From assembly GCA_031835245.2 (NCBI GenBank), contig JAVKOQ020000035.1:248001-286237 (forward strand): DNA of 38,237 bases, in the 5' to 3' direction. Below the pieces are notes generated by a model. It was not told the origin of the DNA. It saw nothing but the letters and a program-made list of their open reading frames with translations, and did not search any database. Positions 10,988-21,958 of this stretch are shown one piece after another. Numbering within the stretch: position 1 is the stretch's first letter; every line of letters begins with the position of its first letter. Origin of the DNA: Balamuthia mandrillaris. Lineage: Eukaryota. A program made the position numbers and the translations under genes.

Positions 10988-13900
10988 GCTCATTGTTTCC
11001 TTCCCTCCTTTTTTTTTGTTTCCACAACAACAACGACTATTTGTATTGCTTACTAATTTTCGCTTCACATGCGTGAGCTTTACTATGAATTTGCCGTAGG
11101 GGCCTGTGTTCACTTTTAATGTTTTGTCGTCCACCCAATCCATCTCCACTACATCCAACATCGAAGAAAGCAATGGTAATGCTGCTCACGATACGTGGAA
11201 CAGGTGAGCTAGAGAAGCGCGAAGAGAAGAGAGAAGAGAGAAGGCGTACGAGAGATTTTTGGAACGGGCGAAATTTGGATACAGTGAGGGTTGGAACCAA
11301 AGACATACAGGAATGAGGACTTGGTTCCCCAGATAACAACGTTGGAGTCTTCCATGGCGTAAGAAGCCAGCGTATCTCCTTTGCGATTGAAGAGAAGGGC
11401 GGTGATGGCAGACTTGTGTCCTCCTTCCAGAACGTGCCACTTGGTTGCTGTTTTCAAGTCGTAGATGACTATGACGGCACGTTCGCTTCCAACGGCCAGG
11501 CGTTGGGTCTTCTGATGGAAACTAACCATCGGGAAGAGCTTAACCAAAGAATGCAGAACGGTAGTTGCTCCTTTAAGGCAGCTTTCGCGGAGGTGAGGCA
11601 CATTTGGATCCAAAGAACGGACCACGGTGTCTACCAAACGGGGAAGCTCCGGTAGCAGCGCAACAGGATCCTTCTTCACAAAGCTTCCAAGCAAGGCTAG
11701 CGCGTCGGAGCGCTCTCTTGTACCAATGTCCGTTCGAGCGATAATTTCTCCAATAGCATCGATGGTGGCCCTTGGCTCTTGTATACCTATCAGCATAAGG
11801 CTGTGGTGTGCAATACCAGCTATATTCGGTGGCTCGGTTACCAGCGTGAGTGCAAACAGGGCGCGCACAAGGGATCTCAAGCTCTTCACATGAGGTTTCC
11901 ATATAGCAAAGCCTTTTCCTAGCAACTCTGCAGCAGTAACTCGCATGCTGTTGTTGCTCTTTTGCTTCAACAGCCGTAAAAGAGTTTTAGTAGCCTCCCG
12001 TGCCAACCTATTACCACAAAGTGTTACATTCTTCTACTAGGCATAGATTTGGAGGAGAGAGATACATTTCATCAATGCAATCCGGACGCTCTGAGGCAAG
12101 AATGGCTAACACTAGCACCACCGACGCTCGTTTACTTTGCACGGTACTAATTCCAGAATCTGAAAGTCGCACTATTGTGGAGTTGTAAGCTGTTAATCCT
12201 TTGGCCAAACTTCTAATTTTTTAGTAGGAAAAGATACATACGTTGGCTAGACCACGACAACGCGAACGACTTGAGGGATTCAGGTGACATTCTGCTGGTT
12301 GTCGTCGAGAAGATGGATCTTGCTGATTGCATCACATCATCTGGTTGATATGTTTAAGTGTTTTGTATTTTAAGTTGCCTGAAGAAAAGAGGGAGAAGCA
12401 AACCAAACGGATCTTGCCAATAACGTGCCAAGAAAGGAAGAGATGGGCCTATATAATTTGGAGTCATATCAGGGGCTAACGCACAAAAGTAAGAGAGCAA
12501 CTGGCTAGTTGCATTCTTATTGTCACCCAGTTGAAGCATAGTTTTGATAACTGTAACGGCAGAAAGGGTATGTAAAGCTGTTAGGTGACTCGAAATTTGC
12601 CACCGGCCAGCACCAGTCGCCTTTCCGGGCACTAACATGCTGTACATATTTCCTGCAGGAGTAGTGCTTTTCCACGAACAGAGAGAGAGAGAGATGAGGC
12701 GTAGTTCCATTGAGAGAGAGGGAGAGAAGGTAGTTCTTACGTTTGAATGCCAACGGTAATGGCTGGGTCAGGAGGCATAAGACGAAGCTCCTCTCTGCAT
12801 ATCCGATCTAGCGAAGTGGAGGCATTCCAGGGAATGAGATAAGTGAAGAGGGATACAGATTGGGTTCTTAAACACGGATTCGTTTTCTTCCACGAGCATG
12901 GAGAACCGCTATCCTCACCACTGGAACCTCGTTCTATTGAGGAGGTGCTCTTACGATGCCCAGCTTTTTTAGTCGAGGAGGTGGTAGGCACCGATGGAGT
13001 AGAAGAAGTAGCAGATGGTTGACGCAGGTGCGTATAAAGATCATGTACGATATTCTTTATATCAAGAAGTAGAATTTGAAGAGGCGAGTGATGCTCCTGT
13101 TGGCTACGCTCTCCAACGCAAAGGCTCAACGCTTTGGCGGTCCTTTGTGAAGTGTCAATTGACGTGTTCCTTTTTGTGCACAAAGGAAAACCAAAGTCAG
13201 ATACCCTTCAAACGTTTGTATAAATAAGTACGTACTCCGTGGTAAGCATGGTTGTGCTATGAAGTATTTCCATTGCGGAGCGACCGTGCACACAACTTTC
13301 AAGAATACCAGAACTCAACTATACAGCGTACAGATATGTCATTACTACTGAGAGGAGAGAGAGAGAGAGAGAAAAAAGGTACCTCCCACACCGATACAGA
13401 ACCATCTTCGCAATGCACGATGAGGTAGTCTTGTAGGATTTTCAACCCAATACCTGCTATTTGAGTGGCATGGCCTCCAAATATCCGCATGCTTGTTAAC
13501 AACAGAAGAGAGTCAGTCAGACTTTGACTTGGCACAACAGGATAGCAAGATACCAATTCATATTTTCCAACGAAAAGAGACCAACAGACTTATCCATGGA
13601 AACAGATAAGAACACACCAGCGGTTATAGTGCCAACGCCAGCCTTGGTGGCCACCACCATAGAATGAGTTTCTTGGGCACCAGAATCGTCTCGATCCGCC
13701 GTTTGGTCTGTTTTTACGGTGGTAGTTTTGTAGGAGAGAAAAGGAGCAGGCTTTTCTTTAAAAGGCCCGTATGGTTGGTATAGTTGTGTTACTGCGTTTG
13801 TATGTTGTGAGAACACGTGAAGCAACTCCAATGTGCGAAGATTCCAAACTTTGATCAAACAATCAGCAGAAGAAGAAACCAAAAAGTCGCGAGTTCCGGT

Positions 13901-16483
13901 GTGGTAGGTTAGCAGACTCGTTATCCTGGAAGAATGGGCGTGCTTTATCCGTCGAGAGGTGGCCTGTTTACGAGTTGGCAGGTCCCTGATGCTGATGTCA
14001 CCGTTTTCGTAACCCCGAAGGAGAGTAAGGCTTTCTTCTTCGACCAATGAAAAAGTGATTTGGGAGGCAGGCGAAGTGGAGAAGGTGGAAGAGGAACTCA
14101 AAGAAGCAGAGGGCCAACCCCACGATAACGATGAATACGCCCATGGAGTAACGGTTGGCTTGACAGTAGTTGGGATTGTAGCAGAGGAAGAGTAGTCATA
14201 CGAGGGTCTTGGCACCCGCCAAACAAGGACACGACCCTGTTTGTCGGCGGCTACTAGCATGTGGTGATGACAATGAAGAAGGATGGAAGAAAAGGGCAAA
14301 GCAGTTGCTGAAGAGGGACCATCTTGCAACAGGCTGCTTATAGAAGCAGAAGACGATGAGGATAAAGCTTTGTCTGCAAACTGGTGTAGGAAAGTCTCCC
14401 CACAGTCATAAACGTGAGAAAGGACTGGAAGCTTTGGACCAGAAATGGAAGCTTTTGCAGTCTGAGTGATGGATTGGTCAGGTGATGATGATATGAACTC
14501 GTCGGAAGAGGAGGGAGACACTGTGATTTTCCACTCAGCAGTCTTCTCTCTCGTTTTGCTATTGATGAGGGTCGTGGAGGAGGATATAATTGGGGAATGA
14601 GAAGATGAGAGTGAGGACAAATGTGGGCTAGATGATGACTTAAAGATCTTCTCAGCGCGTCTATGAATACCAGGTAATAACATCGAGCCTTGCGATTGTG
14701 CTCTATCGGTTGGTGCGGAGGAGGCAGTCCCATCTCCGGTTGTGCTCGAAGCACCATTTGTTTGGATCGCTTCGGTGATGCCAGAAGAAGAGATGCCGTT
14801 CGTGTGAGGCACATCAATGTGGCCAACACCCTGTAGGTCTGTTTCACTAAGGTTAAATGCAGGTAGGTCCTTCCATTTTTCTGGCAGGTCATAAATAAAA
14901 CTTGTCCCATTCTTAAGAAACAAAAATAAGCTCAGTGATGTCTCTATTACCAGATTAATTTTGTAGGAGTATAATGACATGTAAAACATACCTCTGCCCA
15001 TATCACAATCTGGAGTGGGCTCAAATAGGCAGCACCAGACCAACGGCTGATATCACCATACCTGTTGTTGTGCTCGCTTTGAGTTTTCGAGCCATCAGCT
15101 TCCCCACTTGCTCCTTTTATAACTGTAGGTATTGTAGGGCATTCCACAGACGCAAGCAATCTTGGGCTTTGCATCGTGTAAATCTATGCGAAAATCAATA
15201 AGAAATGGGATTAGTGAATGTTATCCCATCAAAGATGCAAGCACATTCACAAAGGTATTGACGTACAAGCCAATGAGTTTCAGTAAGTATGAGTAGAGTC
15301 TGAAGTGAAGGTGATACACTAACAGCAACGGGCAAAGCGCTATCAGGGCTAAGGCACAGCGTCTGAAGTGCAAACTCGGGAGATAGAGTCGATACAGATC
15401 CAGATGAAGAGGTGAGAGATAACCCAGCAGCACCGCCATCAGCAGCGCCACCGTTTCCGCCACCACATACTTTCAACAGCGATGAGAAGTGAAGGATACC
15501 ATCTATGCCCATAGATAGTAGACAAGGATGGTGCCTCATGCCTCCTCCCAGGTCGCAACTAAAGAGATCAATAACCCAATCCGAATGGCGCTTTATCTTG
15601 TGTACCACCTGCAATGTTTACATTGTGTTTGTACGGTTAAATATACAAGAGAGAGAGAGAGAGAGAGAGAGAGGAGTACCTTCATCATCCACAAATCAAC
15701 AATGAAAACAAGGGAGCTTTGTCCAGCGCAAGCTATGTGCCTGTTGTCGGGCATGGTGACCATCTTTGTCGGACTGTCCATTCCTTCTGTTGACGTTCGA
15801 TCAAAAAGTTGAGGAACGCTGTCCACGCAACAACCCTCCGTGTAGTCCCATGCACACAACGTTCCATCTTCCGACACTGTTTCCAATCCGATACCAAATA
15901 ATGAAGGGAGAGAGAGAGAGAGAGGGAGAGAGAGAGAGAATCAGTTGCGGTTGATAGCAAGCCATGTTCGGAGAGAAGCAAAGGTTGATAACGGGTCATA
16001 GACAGAGAAGCAGCGAAGCAGATAGAGAACGCACAGCTGACAACGACAGAAGTCCATTCATGAGTGCCAAAGGCAAGGGCTAAAATGGGAGAGGTGCAGC
16101 CAATGAGCATCATCAGAGGTTGCAACCGTTCATTCACCTGTGCAGTTGTTGGTAAAAGTGAGTGATAAAGAACAAGAAACAACAAGAACCGAACAAGAGA
16201 GAGAGAGAGAGAGAGAGAAGGAAAGATCAATAACCTTGATGCCTTTCTTTCTGGACAGAGTCCAAACGCATAGCTGGCCGGAGCGAGATCCGGTTATGAG
16301 GTGTTGTCCATCGGGTGAGACCACAACGCAAGTCACGCGATGCGTAGGAGGGCCATCCCATATGGCCACCGGCACCTGCAGCGGCGAGGAAGAGGCAGCA
16401 GAAGGAGGGGGCGCCCAAAGCCCTTTGGAGGAGGATTGTTTTTTGGCGCGAGGGGAGGTGCGTGCCTTCTTCGTGGAAGCCAT
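10916..16483 (-). CDS. WDR7: WD40-repeat protein WDR7 / rabconnectin-3 beta homolog; multi-exon, exact 3' end uncertain
   Basis: The N-terminus VPVAIWDGPPTHRVTCVVVSPDGQHLITGSRSGQLCVW, the internal AAELLGKGFAIWKPH and the C-terminus FPMVSFHQKTQRLAVG..IYDLK..GHKSAITALLF..LASYAMEDS match recalled WDR7/WDR72 family signatures. ATG at 16483. Confidence 0.85.
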
Positions 16484-16688
16484 AGGAAACGATTTCAACA
16501 AAAACACACACAAATAGTCTGATTTCAGGGCTTTGGTCCTTGCAAGGAAGAAGAATAAGTAGCAGCAGCAGAAGAAGCTAGCCGCAAAGGGTATTCCTTC
16601 AGCGCAGCAGCAGGCCTGCTTCCAACTCTTTCTCTCTCTCCTCCTTCCTCCTTTTCTTTTTCAACAAGGGCTTCCTTTTCGTGTCGCG

Positions 16689-16830
16689 ATGACGTGTATG
16701 CTTACCAAAACATAGATCGGTTACATCATTTATTTCTATAAATAGCAATGATGACGCATCCCTCCTGATTTATGGGCAGATGAGTATCTGATTACGTCAA
16801 AATTTACTATGAAAGGAAATCGTGACCTCA
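16689..16830. promoter_or_regulatory. Cluster of CRE/ATF(bZIP)-like motifs in the divergent promoter between WDR7 and the SH3-PH-LRR gene
   Basis: ATGACGTG (16689), TTACATCA (16721), ATGACGCA (16751), ATTACGTCA (16791) and GTGACCTCA (16822) within about 140 bp of head-to-head intergenic DNA. Confidence 0.35.
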
Positions 16831-17151
16831 CCAAAAACGCGATAATTAATCAAAAGGAATAGAAAAAAAGAATAATAGAAAGAGAGAGAAGGAAAAGAAA
16901 AACGAAGAGAGAGAGACACGTTTGGCAAAAAGGATTAAAACCTGTTGTTGTTTGCCACCGTGAACCTTATCGTTTTTTTTTTTAAAAAAAAAGGTATTAC
17001 TGCTCTTTTTTTCTATTCTTTCATTTTTCTTGGCCTTAACCCGGCCACCGCTGCGAAGAGGTGAAGAGGCCGTGAGGTGAACGAAGGATAACCGTACCGG
17101 CCAGTTGAATTATTCTCGTTACCTTTGGGAAGCAACGCATCATAGCGTATC

Positions 17152-19728
17152 ATGAAAAAGTCGCTCAAAAAGTTGGGCCACACCAGCCTTCACCCTGGGT
17201 CCCTCAAAGACAAACTGGGAGGGCGCCCCCCCACGGCCGGCGCGCTGGAGGCCGCCGCCGAAGGGGAGGACCACGAGGGAAAAATAGGCACGCCGGCCTT
17301 GGTGGAGGCCATCTTCGACTACCAAGCCACGGAAGCCAAAGAGCTCACCTTTCGCAAAGGAGATCGCTTCCATCTTCTGTTTTTGGTTGGTTTTGTTTGT
17401 TGTTTTGTTTCTTAAAATTTTGAAGCCTTTGTTAGGCAGTTCCTGCTCCTGACCAAGAAAACGCGCTGCAGGATGCAACTGGGTGGGCCATCGGTCAACT
17501 GTCCAACGGCACTCAGGTACTCTTTAAAACTTTATTTTAATCAAAAACGAACAAACTCGAGCGGGTGCTTACCGCTTTATAACTACACAACAGGGCTGGT
17601 TTTCCATAGAGTTTGTTCAAGTGCTGGAAGAGGGTGTGACCATGCCTGCTGCTGTGGAGGAGGGTGGCGGCAGTAATAACGCCCCCTCCATTGCTATCGG
17701 CAAAAGAGAGAAGCTCCCACCCAGCGAGGCCTCTTCTGAAAGCGATGGCCACAAAGACGAAACACAGGCACCTCCACAGCAGGAAAATGCTGAAACAGTG
17801 GCAGCGATTGAGGTGAAGCCAGAGGACAGTGGCACCGTTGCTTCTGTTGAAAGACCGGTATGCCTTGTGCCTCCTCTTTTTATCCTGGTTCCTCTTCGTC
17901 AGCATCGCCTTTTTCTCACCATAGTGCGTGCTATAGGTTAAACTGCACAAAAGTGGAAAGTTGTTGAAGAAAAAGAAGCAACTGCGAACGCCAACTGACT
18001 ACGACAGCATTGAAAATGAGGTTCGTTGCCTTGTCTCCTCCTGCTTTTTGTTCCCGTCAAACTAACAAGTAAACCAAACAACATCAAATGAAAATAATTG
18101 CTGATGAAGGTGTTGATATGTGGTTGGCTCAACAAGAAAGGAAGAACCCGAAGGAACTGGAAAAAGAGATGGTTCCAACTCAAAGTACGCATTAAGTTGC
18201 TCTCTCTCTTTTCCTCTGCTCTCGGTCTCTCTCTCTCTCTCTCTCTCTGCCTGACAAATACGTGGCTTTCAATAACAATATAGGGACCACATTTAACTTA
18301 TTTTGCGAAAGAAGGAGAGAAAGAACCTATCAACTCCATTCACTTTGATAGTTGTATAGTGGACGAGTTGAAACTCAGAGAAGGCAGCGCTAGGGTATCT
18401 ATACGTGCCCTATTTCTCTGTCTTCGCACTTTATCAAGAATACTGACCAAGGTTATTGCAAGCCATGTAACCTGTTAATAACAGAAGGAAGAAAACTTTA
18501 TTTCTACGCAGATGATGACGACGAAAACATACGATGGCATCTCCTCTTCACCTGTAAGAGTGCCGAATTGGCCTACGTGAAAAAGATGAAGGTTCAGAGC
18601 CAACCCCTTAATCTCAACCTGGTACAATTCCTGCATCATCCGTTTGTGAAGAAACTTTATCTGGACGAAACCTCGGTGTCTCTGGAGGGCATGGTTGCTC
18701 TCTCCCAGGTAGTGCGCCACCACAAAACGTTGCAAGTGCTCTCGTTGAAGCAGACCGGGCTTGATAAGCTTGGTCTGGACTCCCTCTGTGATGCCCTGAA
18801 GATCAACCAAAGCCTCCTCTATCTCGATTTGAGCTACAACGGCATCGACGCTGAAGGAGCCAGATCATTGCAAGAGGTTCGTGGGCCTTGCTTCAAACTT
18901 CAAAAGCACCTCGCCTCTAACTCGTCGTAACGCCATTAAGGCATTAAAGCAAAACACAAGCATACAAGGGCTTAGTCTTACAAACAATCCGTTGGGCGAA
19001 GCTGGGGTTCAACTTCTATCCGAGTGTTTAGACAACCACCGGTTCGCTTTTCTCACTTTTCTCTTGCCTTATCTCATTTCGGTATATAAATTTATAAACA
19101 GCCAATTGGAGGAATTGCGATTAAAACGCACCGCCATGACTGATAATGCCGTTAAGCATCTTTGCGAAGCACTTAGTAGGCCTCATGTCCTTCCTGCTCT
19201 TCACTTGGATGGAAATAAAATCGGTAACCCCTTCTCTCTCTCTCTCTCTCTCTCTCTCACATTATCTCCTCTCATCTTGGAAGCCAACGCTCATTTTCCC
19301 TATTACTAAATTGAAAATTAAAATAACAGGGGTAGCAGGCATACGACATATCGCCAAGCTGCTGAAATGCAACCAAAGCATCACCTCCCTCCATTTGGAA
19401 AAGTGCGGGTTGGACTCTGCGGCACTTGCCCTCCTTGCCAAGGCCGTTGGCAAGAGCGCCACCGTCAAGGAACTCTTCCTGGCCGGGAATTCCATGGATC
19501 CTTCCGCTATACGTCCTGTCATCTTAATGGCTGCTGTAAGTATTCTTCTTCTCTGTTCTTTTTTCCCTGCATCTTTGCTTTGCTGTTCTCATTTCCAACG
19601 GAACAAAGGAGCACAAAGAACTACGAAGCGTGGACATTGGTTACAAACTGAACAGTAGCAATCTAGAGCTGCTTCGGGTGCTGTATGCATGTGGCTTGTT
19701 GGCTACCAATAACAGTGCATCCTCGTAA
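17152..19728 (+). CDS. SH3 + PH + ribonuclease-inhibitor-type LRR protein, multi-exon
   Basis: SH3: VEAIFDYQATEAKELTFRKGDRFHL..GWAIGQLSNGTQ|GWFSIEFVQVL. PH: GWLNKKGRTRRNWKKRWFQLK..LTYF..LYFYADDDDENIRW. LRRs: LQVLSLKQTGL, LLYLDLSYNGI, LSLTNNPLG, LHLDGNKIG, LFLAGNSM. TAA at 19726-19728. Confidence 0.85.
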
Positions 19729-19831
19729 TCATGGTTGTTCGCTGCTGCTGGATCGAATGGATCACCAAACACATGAATAATGTACTATAACAATTACTAT
19801 TACTATTGCTATACGTTTGAAAAAGAGCAAA

Positions 19832-20967
19832 CTAGTCGGATGCATTGCTGGCGGACGTCGATTTGATCTCTGGATTCTTCTTCAACCTCAGAATGGTTAT
19901 CTTCTGATGTTGGTAGATCGGATCCAACTCACTCTCCGCAACCTGCGTGTTGCATTCATAGAAAAAACCAAAAAATGCAAGTTTTTAGCGTTCATGTTCT
20001 CAGGAATTGCACGATGTGCATTTGGAGCATACCCTGTCTCCGCTAAAGTAATTGTACACGAGGCTCCAGAACACGCGCACTGACTCGGGGTTGTGTTCCT
20101 GAAAGCCAAAGAGGATTTCGGTGTCCTCATCGGCCAGAGCCCAAATGGTGGCCAGCAGGTCCGGGACCTTCTTGTCTAGGTACACTGTGTCAGCGGCCAG
20201 CACCATGTCAAAGTGGCCCAGCCCTTTGTAGTCGCTCTCGTTTCCCCTTGTTTTGCGTTTTTTGATGAGGCAGAGAACGAGAGCAGGAATAGAAAAAACA
20301 GAGAGAGAGAGAGAGAGCAGGAGGAGAGGAAGCAGAGGAAAGAGGGAGAGAAAGTGAGAGAGAACAAGGAGAAGAACAAGATACCAAAACAATTCTTGAA
20401 CGACCAATTGGCCATCGGTAATGAGGGAGGCATTCTTTTGGGCGTTAAGCTTCATGAGAGGGACGATCCATTTGCAGTCGGTGCCTATGACGTTGGCCCC
20501 AAGCACGGCTGCCGACAGACTGAGCACGCCACAACCACCGCCCACTTCTATGATCCGTTTGCCGACGACGGAGGAAGGGTCCTGGCTCTTGCGATGCTCC
20601 AAAAACTTGCTCAACACGATGCTCTTTGTTATTGTTTCAGTGTAAGATGGGATGGCACGAAAAAGGAGGAGGCAAAAAGGAGTCAAAGAAAAAAGTTTAC
20701 CGAGTCCCAAACGGTGAGGCCAACGATTTCGACCGAGTTGGCGAGGCCTTGGTGGATGACAAGCTTTTTGCCCTCCACCTCCAGCTCAAAGTCGTCGAGG
20801 TAGCGTTCCTTGTCGGTCTTTTTCAGCCTTCTCCATGTGTCGCTGCCTTCCTGCTTATTCTCCTCGGTCTCCTCCTGCGGGGCCTGTTGTTCCTCCGCCT
20901 CCGCCTGTTCCTTCTCCCCGCCGCCTCGTTGGGCGCCGCGCAAGACCAGTGGCACCGCGGAGCTCAT
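19832..20967 (-). CDS. METTL21-like (Methyltransf_16 family) protein-lysine methyltransferase, multi-exon
   Basis: GLTVWDS|SIVLSKFL, motif I IIEVGGGCGVLSL, post-I VIGTD, ELFW|G and the DxxY motif FDMVLAADTVY. Last exon VAESELDPIYQHQKITILRLKK; TAG at 19832. The start may extend to 21100 via an extra exon. Confidence 0.88.
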
Positions 20968-20979
20968 TACGCTTTACGT

Positions 20980-20998
20980 CCTCCTCCTCCTCCTCCTC

Positions 20999-21061
<63 letters not shown>
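20980..21061. repeat. (CTC)n(CTG)~20 trinucleotide tract
   Basis: Visible array upstream of the methyltransferase ATG; reads as polyQ/polyE on the minus strand. Confidence 0.9.
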
Positions 21062-21062
<1 letters not shown>

Positions 21063-21481
21063 GGTGGTGGTTGTGGTCGTTGGTGGTTCCTGTTCACCAT
21101 TTGTTACGATAATTATTGGTGAATTATCGACAATAATCCTGATGGCTTATTTCGGGTCGACACAATCAGAACAGTGTTCCGGTTGACGCCACACGAAAGT
21201 TGGCAGACGCCCTGCTGAAAAGTGGCAGAAAGGGGAGGGAGAACAAATGACCAACCGCTGTGCTCTGCCCCGCTGCCCCGCTGCTAGTAATTATTACGGA
21301 TAGATATCAAGATACCAGCTGCTGCTGCTGCTGCTGCTGCTGCTTCGTCTTGCCCAGTAGCAGAATATTTTCGAGGGCAAGCTTTTGGTCTCTCTACTCC
21401 GCCTGGTGGCTTTTTTTTGGGGGAATTCACGAACTGCTGTTGCTGCTGCGGAGAAAGAACCAACTTTTTTTTTTTTTGACG

Positions 21482-21909
21482 ATGACGAGCTCCACCGTCA
21501 AACTGTGCTTCCGAGTGAACTACAAGACGGAATGGGGTCAAGAGGTGGCGCTTGTGGGAGACCTTCCTAGCCTCGGCCTCTGGAACCCTGTGCAGTCAGT
21601 GAGGTGGGTGGCGCTCTCTTTCAGTGTCCTCTTTCACTGTAAACCTTTTTTTTCCCATAGCTCACCGAACAAAACAACAGGATGAACTGGGTGGCGGAGG
21701 AGGGCGACTGGGAAGGGGAAGTGGAGTTGGAGCCCCATCTCAACATAGAGTATAAATTTGTGGTAGTTAACAGTCACAGCCGTATTGCCGTCCGTTGGGA
21801 GGGTGACCCCAACAGAACCCTTCGTGTGCCGCCCACCAATGCTTTGCTTTCTCATGTTTGGCAGGTGAGTCCCTTGCTCTTCTCTGCAAGCTATTTTTCC
21901 ACTTCTCCA

Positions 21910-21958
<49 letters not shown>

